A stretch of DNA of 64,000 nucleotides. Origin: a virus (taxonomy: Duplodnaviria > Caudoviricetes). The notes below the pieces were generated by a model, which had not been told where the DNA came from, ran no database searches, and was given only the letters and a program-made list of their open reading frames with translations. Shown here one piece after another: positions 29,431 to 39,352 of the stretch. The position numbers and the translations under genes are program-made. Positions within the stretch are counted from its first letter, which is position 1; the number at the start of each line of letters is the position of its first letter. Location: positions 64,001 to 128,000 of the IMG/VR virus record IMGVR_UViG_3300014059_000005. The stretch is one strand, 5' to 3'.

Positions 29431-30245
29431 AGATCGATCTCACCCCCCAGAACCTTCTTTGGTTTTCTGTGATCCTCGGTCAGTACATCCCTGGAGCAAT
29501 CCAGGTAGTGCGGTTCTATGGAATCATCAGAATGATAGATCCACACCCTGGGCTCGTGATCCTTCTGGTCCACGGCCAGCCGCATGAGCGAGCCGCAGTT
29601 GACCACTGGGGGGACCTTCTTCCTGGCGGCAAAGGGTATATGATTGTCCCCCACGAACACCGCGTTGTAGCCCTGGACCATACTCCGCAAGGCATCGAGG
29701 GAGTGGGACTCTGGGGCATCCTTGTATCCCGTACTGTATCCAGCAGTCCTGGTCCAGGTGTAGCGATGTACCACTGCTACTTCCTGGAGCAAGGACACCC
29801 CGCCTGTCAGTGGTTCCGGGTCCTGCCTCCAGGGGAATCCCCAGAGCCTCAGAGGGTGTGCCCCGGGAATTTCCACTGGTTGTCCAAAATGCAGAGGGAT
29901 GACCCTACCAGACAGCACCAGAGTGTGAAACGACGATCTGTGGATTTGTGCGTAACTATGATTGGGTAGGTCGTGATTACCCGCCACGGAGTAGAGTGTC
30001 GGCAGGTACTCCAGGGCGAAGTTCACCAATTCCGGGGGCGAAATGGGAATATCGAATATATCCCCACAGCAGATTACTGGCACCCGGAGAGTGTCAGCAA
30101 GGTTGCGAACCTGGAGGAGAACTCTCTTCTGAGCCTCGTACCAGCTGGGCTCCGACTGTCTGCACACAGGAGGCGTATGCGACAGATGGATATCGGCCAG
30201 GAATATCGCCACCGGAACTACAGGGTAGACCGGCAGAGCGGACAT
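29277..30245 (-). CDS. SbcD/Mre11-like metallophosphoesterase nuclease
   Basis: 'ADIHL', 'CGDIFD', 'AGNHD', 'GDNH.P', 'NCGSL.R'. Confidence 0.88.
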   Translation of the reverse strand: MSALPVYPVVPVAIFLADIHLSHTPPVCRQSEPSWYEAQKRVLLQVRNLADTLRVPVICCGDIFDIPISPPELVNFALEYLPTLYSVAGNHDLPNHSYAQIHRSSFHTLVLSGRVIPLHFGQPVEIPGAHPLRLWGFPWRQDPEPLTGGVSLLQEVAVVHRYTWTRTAGYSTGYKDAPESHSLDALRSMVQGYNAVFVGDNHIPFAARKKVPPVVNCGSLMRLAVDQKDHEPRVWIYHSDDSIEPHYLDCSRDVLTEDHRKPKKVLGGEIDLCLETLKRAPDAPPSYQEAVRQRLRIQPEDPRVEEILLTAIDRGSPRSGSR

Positions 30246-31135
30246 ATCTTCACTGCTTGCAGGCGGGAGTTCAGGGAGTCGATTCTCTCCTGGAGGCTTT
30301 CCTGCTCCTGGAGTAGTCCTTCTCCTTGGCCACATAGACTCTCCAACTCGTTTTTGGTATGGATGTACTCCTGGACCAGGAGTACACGATCACGAAGATC
30401 GGTCAGGGGACCGGACACGGTATCGAGAAACCCCAGGAGGTTTCGGAACTGCTCTGCGTCCCGAACAGCGTCTTCCAGGAATCGATGATGCTCGGTCTGG
30501 GTGTCCAGGGCCTCCTGCCGAGCCTGCAAGGCATCCAGGACGTCACAGGCCCCCGACACCCAGGATAGGGATTCGGAAGCCTCCTGAGCCTCCTGGAGAC
30601 GATTGCTGGACTCCAGGAGCGAGGATTTGTTCTGGCGGATTTGCTGGTTGATGTCGGTCAGGGTCTCGTCGATGGACCCCAGATCGATGATCCGGTCCAG
30701 TTCCCTGGCCAGTTGCCCCGGTGTCAGGTGGAACCAGAAGGAGGGGTCATGCTGGAGAGCAAAATTATCCTCACATAGATTCAGAATCTTTGCTACGGGC
30801 TCGGGGGCCTCGTTGGTCTTGAGGGCGTCCAGTCGCTCGCCATCGATCTCGTAGTAGTTACCTGATTTTCCATTCCCTGACTTTCCGTTGCTGGTCTTTC
30901 CCCGGTGACGGATAACTGTGTGTCCGTCGATACGAAGGGTCCCACGAACGAAGTCCGTGCCCTTGGTCCTAAAGGCATCCCCACTGGGTTTGTTATGGGC
31001 GATCCAGCGCAGGAGGCGGATGAGGCTGCTCTTGCCGGAATTGGTAGGCCCCACGATACAGGTGACGTGGGGATCCAGGTCCAGGGTCCATAAGGTGTGG
31101 GCCTGAAAGTTCTCCAGGGTGATGCTTTCTAACAA
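30218..31135 (-). CDS. SbcC/Rad50-like ATPase, N-terminal half ending at the Zn hook
   Basis: 'I.L.NFQAH', Walker A 'GPTNSGKS', Q-loop 'QHD', terminal 'CPLC'. Confidence 0.85.
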   Translation of the reverse strand: MLESITLENFQAHTLWTLDLDPHVTCIVGPTNSGKSSLIRLLRWIAHNKPSGDAFRTKGTDFVRGTLRIDGHTVIRHRGKTSNGKSGNGKSGNYYEIDGERLDALKTNEAPEPVAKILNLCEDNFALQHDPSFWFHLTPGQLARELDRIIDLGSIDETLTDINQQIRQNKSSLLESSNRLQEAQEASESLSWVSGACDVLDALQARQEALDTQTEHHRFLEDAVRDAEQFRNLLGFLDTVSGPLTDLRDRVLLVQEYIHTKNELESLCGQGEGLLQEQESLQERIDSLNSRLQAVKICPLCRSTL

Positions 31136-31137
31136 TA

Positions 31138-31887
31138 CTAGGCCCCCCAGCGAGCACGACGAACCAGAGGCTGTGCCCCCACGCCCAGCATCTCCCAGTC
31201 CTTTTTGGAGGCCTGGGCCTGTTCTTCGGCCCACTTGCACAGATACTCTGCCTGCTTGCTCTGGTTGAGTCCGTGAGCCTGGTAGCACAGGGCTACCGTG
31301 GCCTGGAACAGTTCCAGAGATTCATCCCGATCGCCATAGTAGACCAGATCCTTGATACGGCCCTCGATGGTCTGGACGGTAGGCTGGGGCTGGATCCTCT
31401 CCTGGATATCTTCGAGGATCTCCTTGGGATCGAAGACGAAGTCATCTGGTTCGGCATAGCCATCTTTGGGAAAGGAATCGGGCCAGCGCTTGTGGGCATT
31501 GGCGGTATCGGCAATATCATTATTGCCGTAGGCTTCCCGGGTGTCGGTATTCCAGGGGTTGCCCCTGGTGGGGACATAGAGTCTGAGTTTCTTGCCGTCC
31601 CAGTAGATGATGAAGTAGACCGGATGCTCCCAGTCTCCCCCAGCACGACAGCCCAGGATCTGGAGTCCGTTGGGGAGGACGCGATAGCCCAGGAGATCCT
31701 TGGGAGGGGTGTGATTCTCCTGATGCTCGAAGTTCTCGAAGTCGAATCTTACCTTGAGGTCGAAACTCAATCGCTCGCGGATCAGGTTGGAGTCCAGGTA
31801 GGAGTGTTGTCCATCCTGGGAGTAGAGCCTTCCGACGATCTTCTTGCGGAACTCCTCGGGAGAGATGATCGCGAAGAACCGGGACAT
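31138..31887 (-). CDS. Hypothetical protein
   Basis: 249-aa ORF in operon; AGGAG RBS. Confidence 0.6.
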   Translation of the reverse strand: MSRFFAIISPEEFRKKIVGRLYSQDGQHSYLDSNLIRERLSFDLKVRFDFENFEHQENHTPPKDLLGYRVLPNGLQILGCRAGGDWEHPVYFIIYWDGKKLRLYVPTRGNPWNTDTREAYGNNDIADTANAHKRWPDSFPKDGYAEPDDFVFDPKEILEDIQERIQPQPTVQTIEGRIKDLVYYGDRDESLELFQATVALCYQAHGLNQSKQAEYLCKWAEEQAQASKKDWEMLGVGAQPLVRRARWGA

Positions 31888-31912
31888 GAGGGCTCCTGTG
31901 GGAGAGAGGGAT

Positions 31913-32506
31913 TCAAGATGCCTGGGGAATGTCTTGTTTGGTTATTGGCTTGCCCATCTTCCTGGCGATCTCGTAGATACTCCTGGGCTCGCACTTACCA
32001 AAGAATTCCGAGAGCGTGGTGATTCTGATACTGTGATTCTCGATGCGGATATCGGCGTAGGGACAGCAATTGGCAAAGGCCAGGGAGGTCTCGTACCAGG
32101 CCAACTCCGGCATTATGACGAAAGGGACTCTGCGGTCCCTGCGAACGACGAACAACCAGAATTTGGATCCAGCTGCCTTGACGGTCTCCTGAGCTTTTTC
32201 GATCCAGTCCCAGTAGAGTTTGCTGGTGGATTTGGGACCGCGATCGAGGATATCGAAGGGGGAAGATGTTCCATATCCGCGCTTGAGTTCAGGAGTGAAT
32301 ACCTTGATGAAAGGCAATCCTTCGGGATCGGTGGCGGTGATATCCCCATACTGCCCCACGGTGGTAAGGCTCTTGCGGGTACGAACAGTGGCTCTACCAC
32401 CCGACTGAGAAGTCCTCCAGAAGAGATCGGTCCTCTGCCCGTCGCTCCACCAAGCCGACAGGAGTTCCGAGAACTCCCGCTCCCAAGACGGACCCTTCTT
32501 GGACAT
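31913..32506 (-). CDS. Holliday junction resolvase (PD-(D/E)xK)
   Basis: 'KG..WERE....L', 'R...SGG', 'GDI', 'ELKRG'. Confidence 0.75.
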   Translation of the reverse strand: MSKKGPSWEREFSELLSAWWSDGQRTDLFWRTSQSGGRATVRTRKSLTTVGQYGDITATDPEGLPFIKVFTPELKRGYGTSSPFDILDRGPKSTSKLYWDWIEKAQETVKAAGSKFWLFVVRRDRRVPFVIMPELAWYETSLAFANCCPYADIRIENHSIRITTLSEFFGKCEPRSIYEIARKMGKPITKQDIPQAS

Positions 32507-32546
32507 CGATGTCTCCTGATTGGATCATTGGGTGGTTTGGTTTGGG

Positions 32547-33290
32547 CTAGTTCTTTCCTAGCAGGAGGTCCAGCACCCAACAACCCCGGTAGTGCGAACT
32601 GCATTTCATCCAGCCGTGAAAGCCCCAGTCATGCTTACGGTAGTCATAACCACCACATGCCTGCTCGCTGCCATGTGATCCTCCGAAACACCACCGACAG
32701 GGCTCCCACCCTCGAAGGTGCCGTAGGATGTATCCGTTGTTGCATCCTGCCTCTTCCAGCGCGTCGGCGAGGACGGCAAGGCGTGCAGGGTCAAGAGTAC
32801 CATCTGTTGTATTGGGACAGGGGCGGATACACTCTCCTGGCAGCCACCCATCATAGCATTGGTTGCACCCACGGCAGCGTATATTGTAAGCTGCCTGGGC
32901 CAGGGAGATCGCAGCAGGGGTGAGCCAGGGGCACTTGTATGAGTTAGTAGGCCAGTGGAACTGTTTTTTGCACTCTTGACACCAGCATACGTCTTCTTCG
33001 CCCGTGACCATTACCCATCGGGCCGCACCACAATAATGACAGCAAGGACTTATTTTTGGTAGCACCACCTTGCGGAACGGATTGCCCACGATATCTCGAA
33101 TTATGTCGCACGTCCCGGCCAGGGGCTCGTCCTGCATGACAAGACTATGCAGGTTGAACCCGAAGCGAGCGAACACTGCGTCCTCGATGAAGTCCAACTT
33201 GTGCTGGCTCGTGACCTTCCCACCTCCGGTGGTTATCCAATCAACCATCAACTCTGGATCGGTGCATTCCAACCATTCGGATTCGGTCAT
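32547..33290 (-). CDS. Planctomycete-type 'MTExEW...RDIVGNPF...HYRGCW' family protein
   Basis: MTESEWLEC.DP; RDIVGNPFR; LA.LADALEEAGC; HLR; HYRGCWVLDLLLGK. Confidence 0.75.
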   Translation of the reverse strand: MTESEWLECTDPELMVDWITTGGGKVTSQHKLDFIEDAVFARFGFNLHSLVMQDEPLAGTCDIIRDIVGNPFRKVVLPKISPCCHYCGAARWVMVTGEEDVCWCQECKKQFHWPTNSYKCPWLTPAAISLAQAAYNIRCRGCNQCYDGWLPGECIRPCPNTTDGTLDPARLAVLADALEEAGCNNGYILRHLRGWEPCRWCFGGSHGSEQACGGYDYRKHDWGFHGWMKCSSHYRGCWVLDLLLGKN

Positions 33291-33294
33291 CGGC

Positions 33295-34095
33295 TCATTC
33301 CTTTCCCAGAATCAAGTCAATCGCCCAGCATCCTCGATAGTGTGAATCAGGACTGCGGAGATGGGTGAGGATGGAGTGAGTAACCTTTCCAGTGCCGCCA
33401 CAACGACATTGCTTCTTGGCTTTACCCTACTCGATCACCTCCTCCACCATGTCCCTGTCGTAGGATCCATCCGAGTTGATCTTTGCCTTTCGTAACACTG
33501 GGCACTCACCGCATTCCTCTTGCTCACACCCGGCCTCCTCCAGTGCGTCGCTGAGTATTTTCAGACGTTGCGGATCGAGCATACCGTGTGGCAATTCTTC
33601 TACCTTTGCGAGTTCCTTTCGGAAACGATCCAGATTGGAAGAGTACACACGGTAGGCACTGTCCGAGTAGCACCTGGACATGATGAACCGCTGAGTGTCG
33701 ATCATCTTCTCGATCCTTTCCACTTCCTCAGCCTTGTCCCACAGTTCGTCGTGTGCGGCTTGGGCCAGGGAAAGGACGGTAGGGGTGAGCCAGGGCGGGC
33801 ACGAGCATATCGATTGCGGATGGCGAACTGCTCGGTTCGGACAGCCTGGGTTGTCGTAGATCGCTGGCCTGAAAGGGCGGAATGGATTGCCCACGATGTC
33901 TCGGATGATATCACACCCATCCACTGGAGGCTTGTCCTGCACGACGAGATCATCCAAATTCAATCCAAAGCGGTTGAATACTGCATCCTCGATGCACCGC
34001 AACTTGTACTGGCTTGCGACCGGCCCTCCCCCGGTAGTCACCCAGCCAACCATCGACTCCGGGTCCGAGCATTCCAACCATTCGCTCTCGGTCAT
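33295..34095 (-). pseudogene. Second GCW-family paralog interrupted by an in-frame TAG (33427-33429)
   Basis: After the TAG the same frame continues GKAKKQCRCGGTGKVTHSILTHLRSPDSHYRGCWAIDLILGKE*. Confidence 0.75.
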
Positions 34096-34361
34096 TTCCG
34101 AATCTCCCGCAACAACGCTGCGAGTTCACAATCGTCCTTGTGGTACTTCGTCTCGCCGCAGTCCGGACAGCCGGTGGTGTGGCACCCGGGACCGTCGTGC
34201 AGTGTGACGGTCCACTCCAGTTCTTCCAGGAGTTTGCGGCATCGGGTGAGTAGGGCTTTCGCATCCTCCAATTCCTCGCCAAGTCGCTTCGCGTCCGACA
34301 CTGCGCAGCACTCGCGGCAGTAGTCGCCGTTGTCGTACCCATGAATACAGGACATCGTCAC
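34092..34361 (-). CDS. Small Zn-finger hypothetical protein
   Basis: CREC, CPDC, H.DDC; coupled ORF. Confidence 0.55.
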   Translation of the reverse strand: MTMSCIHGYDNGDYCRECCAVSDAKRLGEELEDAKALLTRCRKLLEELEWTVTLHDGPGCHTTGCPDCGETKYHKDDCELAALLREIRK

Positions 34362-34603
34362 TCCTTCCGCTCTGGTGTGTCCTCGATCGTGCGATTCTCC
34401 AGATGGCAGAAATCACGGTCGCGGTTTGGGTTATCCTTGGCAACTCCACACTTGCAGCAGTAGGTCCGCGCTCCCCATACCCACCATTCGTGCATTCCGG
34501 ATTCAGCAGCGTCTTGCGAACCCATAGCGTTGCCCCTTCCCGAGTAGCAGATCAACCACGAATATCGATGTGCTTGTAGAAGTTTTCTGTCTCGTTGGGA
34601 GTA

Positions 34604-34783
34604 TTATTTCTTCTCGGATGATGTTCTGTATTCATCATTTCTCTTTCTCAGGACAACCCGGAAGCCCAGGTCGTCGTACCGGAATGTTGGCTCGTCCACG
34701 TAGCGGTACGCCAACCGGCAGTCGCCCCGGAGCACCCGCTCGGAGCCCTGAATGATCGGCTTAGGTCTAGCGATGAGGATCAT
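34604..34783 (-). CDS. Mini-cassette C15 (24-nt internal deletion)
   Basis: MILIARPKPIIQGSERVLRGDCRLAYRYVDEPTFRYDDLGFRVVLRKRNDEYRTSSEKK. Confidence 0.75.
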   Translation of the reverse strand: MILIARPKPIIQGSERVLRGDCRLAYRYVDEPTFRYDDLGFRVVLRKRNDEYRTSSEKK

Positions 34784-34968
34784 TAGCCCCTCTTTCTGAG
34801 GATTACCCGGAAGCCCAGGAGGTCAATCCGGTCCATCGGATTGAACCTGCCACGGAGTCCCGAACGGCGATGTCGTTCGGGACTCATCCAACTGCCGCCC
34901 CGGATCACCCGGTAGAGACCCTGAACGCTGGACCTGGGTCTGGGGATCAGTACCAGTGAACTAGCCAT
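34783..34968 (-). CDS. Mini-cassette C16
   Basis: MASSLVLIPRPRSSVQGLYRVIRGGSWMSPERHRRSGLRGRFNPMDRIDLLGFRVILRKRG. Confidence 0.8.
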   Translation of the reverse strand: MASSLVLIPRPRSSVQGLYRVIRGGSWMSPERHRRSGLRGRFNPMDRIDLLGFRVILRKRG

Positions 34969-36073
34969 ACCTGGGCTTCCTCTTGAGTTCGCTCTCGGCC
35001 TCGATCTCGTTCCAGACCCTACCCGTGACCCTCTGTAGTTCCGACTCCAAAGACTCGTTCTGGACCTTCTGGACCAGATCCTCATAGTCTCCGGTAAATC
35101 CGAACTCCGGGGCGGTCAGGACCCCTTTGGTCGATTTCCAGTGTCCCCAGTGGATCAGGAAGTCGATACATCCACCCACATCATCGATCCCCGAGGAGTG
35201 CAGAATGGGGAACTCCACCACCCGATCCTTGCCCGAGAGTCGATTCTTCTTGGTCCTGGCAGAGCAGTAGATTCCCTGCTCCACATCCCTGCCCTTGGCC
35301 TTGGTCTTGACGTGGCCCTTGACACTGGTCCATATCTCCATCGCGGCATAGAAAGTCAGGGCCTGCCCACCACCCCGGGTCTTGGGGTTGAACATGGCAC
35401 CGTAGCCGATATTCTGCCGGGTCTGGGATATTACGAGTAGGATCGATCTGCCCTCCTTACGGAGCCGGTTGAACAGGATTCGTAAGTGGGAGGAGTTGAC
35501 CCTGGCCTTGGAGGTCCCAAAGGACCCAGGGGCTTTCTTGTCCTTCTCCCTGGCTTTCTTCGATTCCTCGAAGTTCTCCTCCTCGTCCAGAGAGGACAGG
35601 GCATCCATGCTGTCGAGGATGTAGAGGAACGGGGTGCCCGACTCGAAGGCATCGTCCACGTTGTAGTAGAAATCCTCCACCGTCCTGGAGTATTCAGGTT
35701 TGGTAATGGTTCCTTTGGGAGGCTCCAGCTTCTCAGCCACCCGCTTGCCGAAGAACTTGCGAATGTTCATCAGAGCGCCGTTCTCGGCGTTGTCGAAGAT
35801 GAATCTGTAGTCCTGGAAGGTGGGGTGATTGGCGGCTTCGGCGAGACAGGTGAGGCTCAGGAAGCTTTTGCCACTACTGGAGTCTCCTACTAGATAATAG
35901 TAGTTGCCAGGGAGGAATCCCTCATCGGGCCTACCAGTGCAGGCCAGGTTCAGAAGTGTAGACCCGGTGGATAGACCAGGTAGGGCAACCCTGGACTTCC
36001 TGGGTCTGGGGGTGAGCTTCTTCTCGATGTCGCTGGCGGTTGGACTGCTCTGGGGCGAATTCGTGTCGGACAT
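34961..36073 (-). CDS. recA: RecA/UvsX-like recombinase
   Basis: 'STGS..LN', Walker A 'GDSSSGKS', 'D.E', 'LDSMDAL', 'ISQTR.NIG', 'GG.AL.FYA', 'KNR'. Confidence 0.9.
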   Translation of the reverse strand: MSDTNSPQSSPTASDIEKKLTPRPRKSRVALPGLSTGSTLLNLACTGRPDEGFLPGNYYYLVGDSSSGKSFLSLTCLAEAANHPTFQDYRFIFDNAENGALMNIRKFFGKRVAEKLEPPKGTITKPEYSRTVEDFYYNVDDAFESGTPFLYILDSMDALSSLDEEENFEESKKAREKDKKAPGSFGTSKARVNSSHLRILFNRLRKEGRSILLVISQTRQNIGYGAMFNPKTRGGGQALTFYAAMEIWTSVKGHVKTKAKGRDVEQGIYCSARTKKNRLSGKDRVVEFPILHSSGIDDVGGCIDFLIHWGHWKSTKGVLTAPEFGFTGDYEDLVQKVQNESLESELQRVTGRVWNEIEAESELKRKPRYG

Positions 36074-36318
36074 GCTGAACTCCTTGGAGAGGGATCAGGG
36101 AAGGGACACGACTATTGTCTTATAGCACTTCAGTCGTCCCTTTCCGGTGTACTCACGATGAGACACGCCAGCGTTCAAAAAGTGGGTGTTCGTCCCATCA
36201 TGTTTCTCTGGAGGGACAGAACACAAATCGTAACACGCACACTCGTCCCTCTCGAATAGAACATGGTGTGGACGAGTACAGATCTACTGATTGCGATGAT
36301 GTCCACACCATGTGTCTC

Positions 36319-37200
36319 CTAGCATTCCAGGATCCAGGCTTTGGTAGCCTTGCCCAGTTCTCGAATCGCCCAGCAACCCAGATAGTGATCCCTCGTGTCT
36401 CTCAGATGCCGCACGATCCTGGTATCGGTCCCCGACTCCTCACAGGCATCGGCCAGGATCCGGATGATCATGGAATCGAACAGAGAGGGTGCCAGATACT
36501 GTACCTGTTTGGTTCCCTTGCACATGACACAACGAAAGGCCATGAGTACCTCGGAGGCTGGCTTACGGAATTCCTGTGTGGTCTGCATTCTGTAACACAG
36601 ACCATTCTCGTCACAGCGATTGCAATGGACATCGGTGTCGCTGTGGGACTTCTTCATGGCCCCTAGCAACGCCACCACGTCCTTGGAGTGAGGGATGTGT
36701 AGTGGATCGTCGGTCAGATCCCTGGGGGCGTAAGGGTACAGGTCCCGGATCGCCACACACTTGGCTTTCTTGGTCCGGAGCGTCGTGGTCTTCCAGTCGC
36801 CGGTAGCGTCGAATAGCATCTGCTCCAGGGTTTCCCGAGCGCGGTTGTAGCGACCATAGCGAACACCCAGGATCCAGTCCTGAGTCCGTCGCAGGACATA
36901 ATTGTCGTGAACACCTTCAGAAACTGCCCGCAACAGCAACTTCCCCAACTCTCGACTGGTGGGATGTCGCCATTTCTCCACCTCGGGCAGACTCCCGTAG
37001 AAACCGTCCACGTTCACACCCAGGGGCGTACCGATCAGATGCCGTAGAAGATTGTGGGTGCTGAATGTCGATGCCCATTCCGACTCGGTCAGGACGTAGG
37101 GTCTACCAGGGTCGAAGTCTCCTGATTTCTTTGCAGACATTTGTGATCTTGCCATGTTAGTACCTGGCGGATCAGGACGCCTCAGAGGACAGAACTTCAT
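36319..37200 (-). CDS. Third GCW-family protein
   Basis: 'LTESEW', 'IRDL', 'ILADACEE.G', 'HLR....HYLGCWAI'. Confidence 0.65.
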   Translation of the reverse strand: MKFCPLRRPDPPGTNMARSQMSAKKSGDFDPGRPYVLTESEWASTFSTHNLLRHLIGTPLGVNVDGFYGSLPEVEKWRHPTSRELGKLLLRAVSEGVHDNYVLRRTQDWILGVRYGRYNRARETLEQMLFDATGDWKTTTLRTKKAKCVAIRDLYPYAPRDLTDDPLHIPHSKDVVALLGAMKKSHSDTDVHCNRCDENGLCYRMQTTQEFRKPASEVLMAFRCVMCKGTKQVQYLAPSLFDSMIIRILADACEESGTDTRIVRHLRDTRDHYLGCWAIRELGKATKAWILEC

Positions 37201-37525
37201 TCTTTACTCGCATTGTCGTCCTCTGGAGTAGATTCAAGGGGACATCACCGTCATTGTAAAGTTACCTACCGTCCCCATGTTCCTGATGGTGGGATATCCC
37301 GGCGTTCACAAAGAGATCTTTCGTCCCACCACCAAAGATTCTCAGGATCGGACACAGATCCACTCATAAGCGTCAGCCGATCGTCCGATCCTGAAATTAG
37401 AGAATCCCTGGGGACATCACCGCCATTGTAGAGTTTCCCTTCGTCCCCAGGGATGAGAGCAAAGGGAGAGGAGGGTCCGCTTTTGTTCGTATTTATCAAA
37501 CGGACGCCCCCTCCCTTTGGTTCGT

Positions 37526-38707
37526 TCATCGTCGGGCCGGACCCCGACGACGGATTGGTTCTTCGTCCACATCCTCGTCCACAGGCTGCTCCGTGGCTCT
37601 TTCAGTGGCCCTGGGGGTTCCCTGGGAGCCATTGCGACGGGCAGCGGGCTGGGAAGCAGGCTCGGAGGCCTCATCGACATCCGGTTCCTCCCTGCGACGA
37701 GTCGTGGTCGTCTGGGAGGCGGTCCTGGTCGGAGTGGGACGATCTTCGGTCAGATCGTATTCCTCTTCGCGAGGAGCCGACTGGGATGCTGGGGGACCCG
37801 AGCGAGTTCTCGGTAGAGTGCGCTCAGTCCGAGCAGGAGGAGCAGACTCTTCGGCATCGTCCACTTCCTCAGACCGCACCGTGGTCCTGGGGGCAGTGGT
37901 ACGAGGGGTGGTCCTTGGAGTGCTCGGGGGCAAGGACACAGGCACCGTGATCGCTGCCGCATCGGGAGCCAGGGGAGCCAGGAGATCGGCCACGGGGTCA
38001 TATCCAGGATCGACCACGCAATCGTCCAGGCAGATCATCTCGTCGAGCATGCTCTCGGGGTAGTCGTACTTTCGGGGCAAGAAGTCGATGCGGATGGGCT
38101 TGTTCCACTTGCCGCCAGGGAACACATCCTCGACCACCTGGATCTTGAGGGTCATACCTCCCTGGAGATCCGCGAACACCGAGTAGTCCTCGACGGCATT
38201 GAGTGCTGCCTGCATCATCTCGCCGAAACCAGTCCCTTTTGCCTTGTGCCCTGTGTCGAAGACCTTGATGGGGTTGTTGGCATTCCCCGGCTTGTCGTTG
38301 ACCAGCCACAGGTGCCTCGCGGGCGGATACAGAGACTTGATCAGCTTGGGGTCCCCGGTGCGGGCATAGGTTCGCACGAAATCACAAGCGGCACACCGCT
38401 GCCTGAACTCCGAGGTCCGGCAGGTGTAGAGGTAGGTGCCACTTCCGGTGGCGTTGGGAATCCGGTGCGCACAGTATTCCCTCTCGAAGTGGACCATGCC
38501 CTCTTCGGCATAGTGGTTGCCCTGGCCGACGACATAGCTCATGAAATCGAGGGAGTAAGTTCCCGGAGCCGGGAACTTGAACCAGTCCACGCCATCGGGG
38601 AGTTTGATGCATGTGGAGTCCATCTGCGAGGGTTGTCTCTTTGCCCAGCCCTTGGCATCGGCCCGACGAGCCTGCTGGGCTTCCTGAGCCTTGCGATTGA
38701 CGTTCAT
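37526..38707 (-). CDS. Single-stranded DNA-binding protein (gp32-like) with disordered acidic tail
   Basis: 'H.....Y.C......C..C' Zn motif, 'D...G..L'; acidic/Pro-rich C-terminus; next to recA and the UvsY-like gene. Confidence 0.7.
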   Translation of the reverse strand: MNVNRKAQEAQQARRADAKGWAKRQPSQMDSTCIKLPDGVDWFKFPAPGTYSLDFMSYVVGQGNHYAEEGMVHFEREYCAHRIPNATGSGTYLYTCRTSEFRQRCAACDFVRTYARTGDPKLIKSLYPPARHLWLVNDKPGNANNPIKVFDTGHKAKGTGFGEMMQAALNAVEDYSVFADLQGGMTLKIQVVEDVFPGGKWNKPIRIDFLPRKYDYPESMLDEMICLDDCVVDPGYDPVADLLAPLAPDAAAITVPVSLPPSTPRTTPRTTAPRTTVRSEEVDDAEESAPPARTERTLPRTRSGPPASQSAPREEEYDLTEDRPTPTRTASQTTTTRRREEPDVDEASEPASQPAARRNGSQGTPRATERATEQPVDEDVDEEPIRRRGPARR

Positions 38708-38760
38708 TCTGATGTACCTTTGTGAGAGATAACTCGTGGATCGTTCTGATTGTGGGAAAT

Positions 38761-39231
38761 TCAACGGGTGCGGTTGCGACGGAACGCCTGTTCCGTCTTC
38801 AGTCGCTCGATATGGTCTGCCGCCTGGCGATCCTTGGGGATCTTGGGATCGGCGTAGTAGCCCGCCAGGAATAGCTGGAGTATGCCTTCGATCGAGCCCT
38901 TGCGCTGGCGGTAGGATTCCACGGACCCCGCCAGGAGTTCTGCCTTGTACTCGGCCTCGACCACGGCTTGCTGGACTTCCTGGTACTTTACGGACATCTC
39001 CAGGGCATCGTCCACCGAGGACTCCGTCGCCTTGGTAATCCCAAAAGCCTCTGGGTTCTGTCGGATCGCCTTGCGGATCTTGGCCTTGGTCAGCTTGAGC
39101 AAGTTCTTGGCTTCGGCCACCTCCTTGCGAGCTTCCGCCAGGGATCCAGATTCCTTGCGATACAGCTTGGGCTGCTGGATGAGTTCGGTGTCGAGGTTGA
39201 ACGGGTCGATCTCGACGAAATCCTCGGTCAT
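38761..39231 (-). CDS. UvsY-like recombination mediator (coiled coil)
   Basis: 'ID..NLD.E...QP.LY', 'K.TE..V...L', 'RK..IE..L.L....YY'; AAGGAG RBS. Confidence 0.55.
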   Translation of the reverse strand: MTEDFVEIDPFNLDTELIQQPKLYRKESGSLAEARKEVAEAKNLLKLTKAKIRKAIRQNPEAFGITKATESSVDDALEMSVKYQEVQQAVVEAEYKAELLAGSVESYRQRKGSIEGILQLFLAGYYADPKIPKDRQAADHIERLKTEQAFRRNRTR

Positions 39232-39282
39232 GAGTTGCTCCTTCGCCGGGGGTTTGGATCATCGATCCGGGCCGGCATCAAG

Positions 39283-39310
39283 AGTATGCCACAAAAAAAC
39301 AAGAAGTCAA
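39283..39310 (-). promoter_or_regulatory. Conserved promoter P2
   Basis: TTGACT-N16-CATACT. Confidence 0.65.
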
Positions 39311-39352
39311 ACCGAGTAACGGAATTTTTTGGTGAATTTCTTTACAGGTAGT

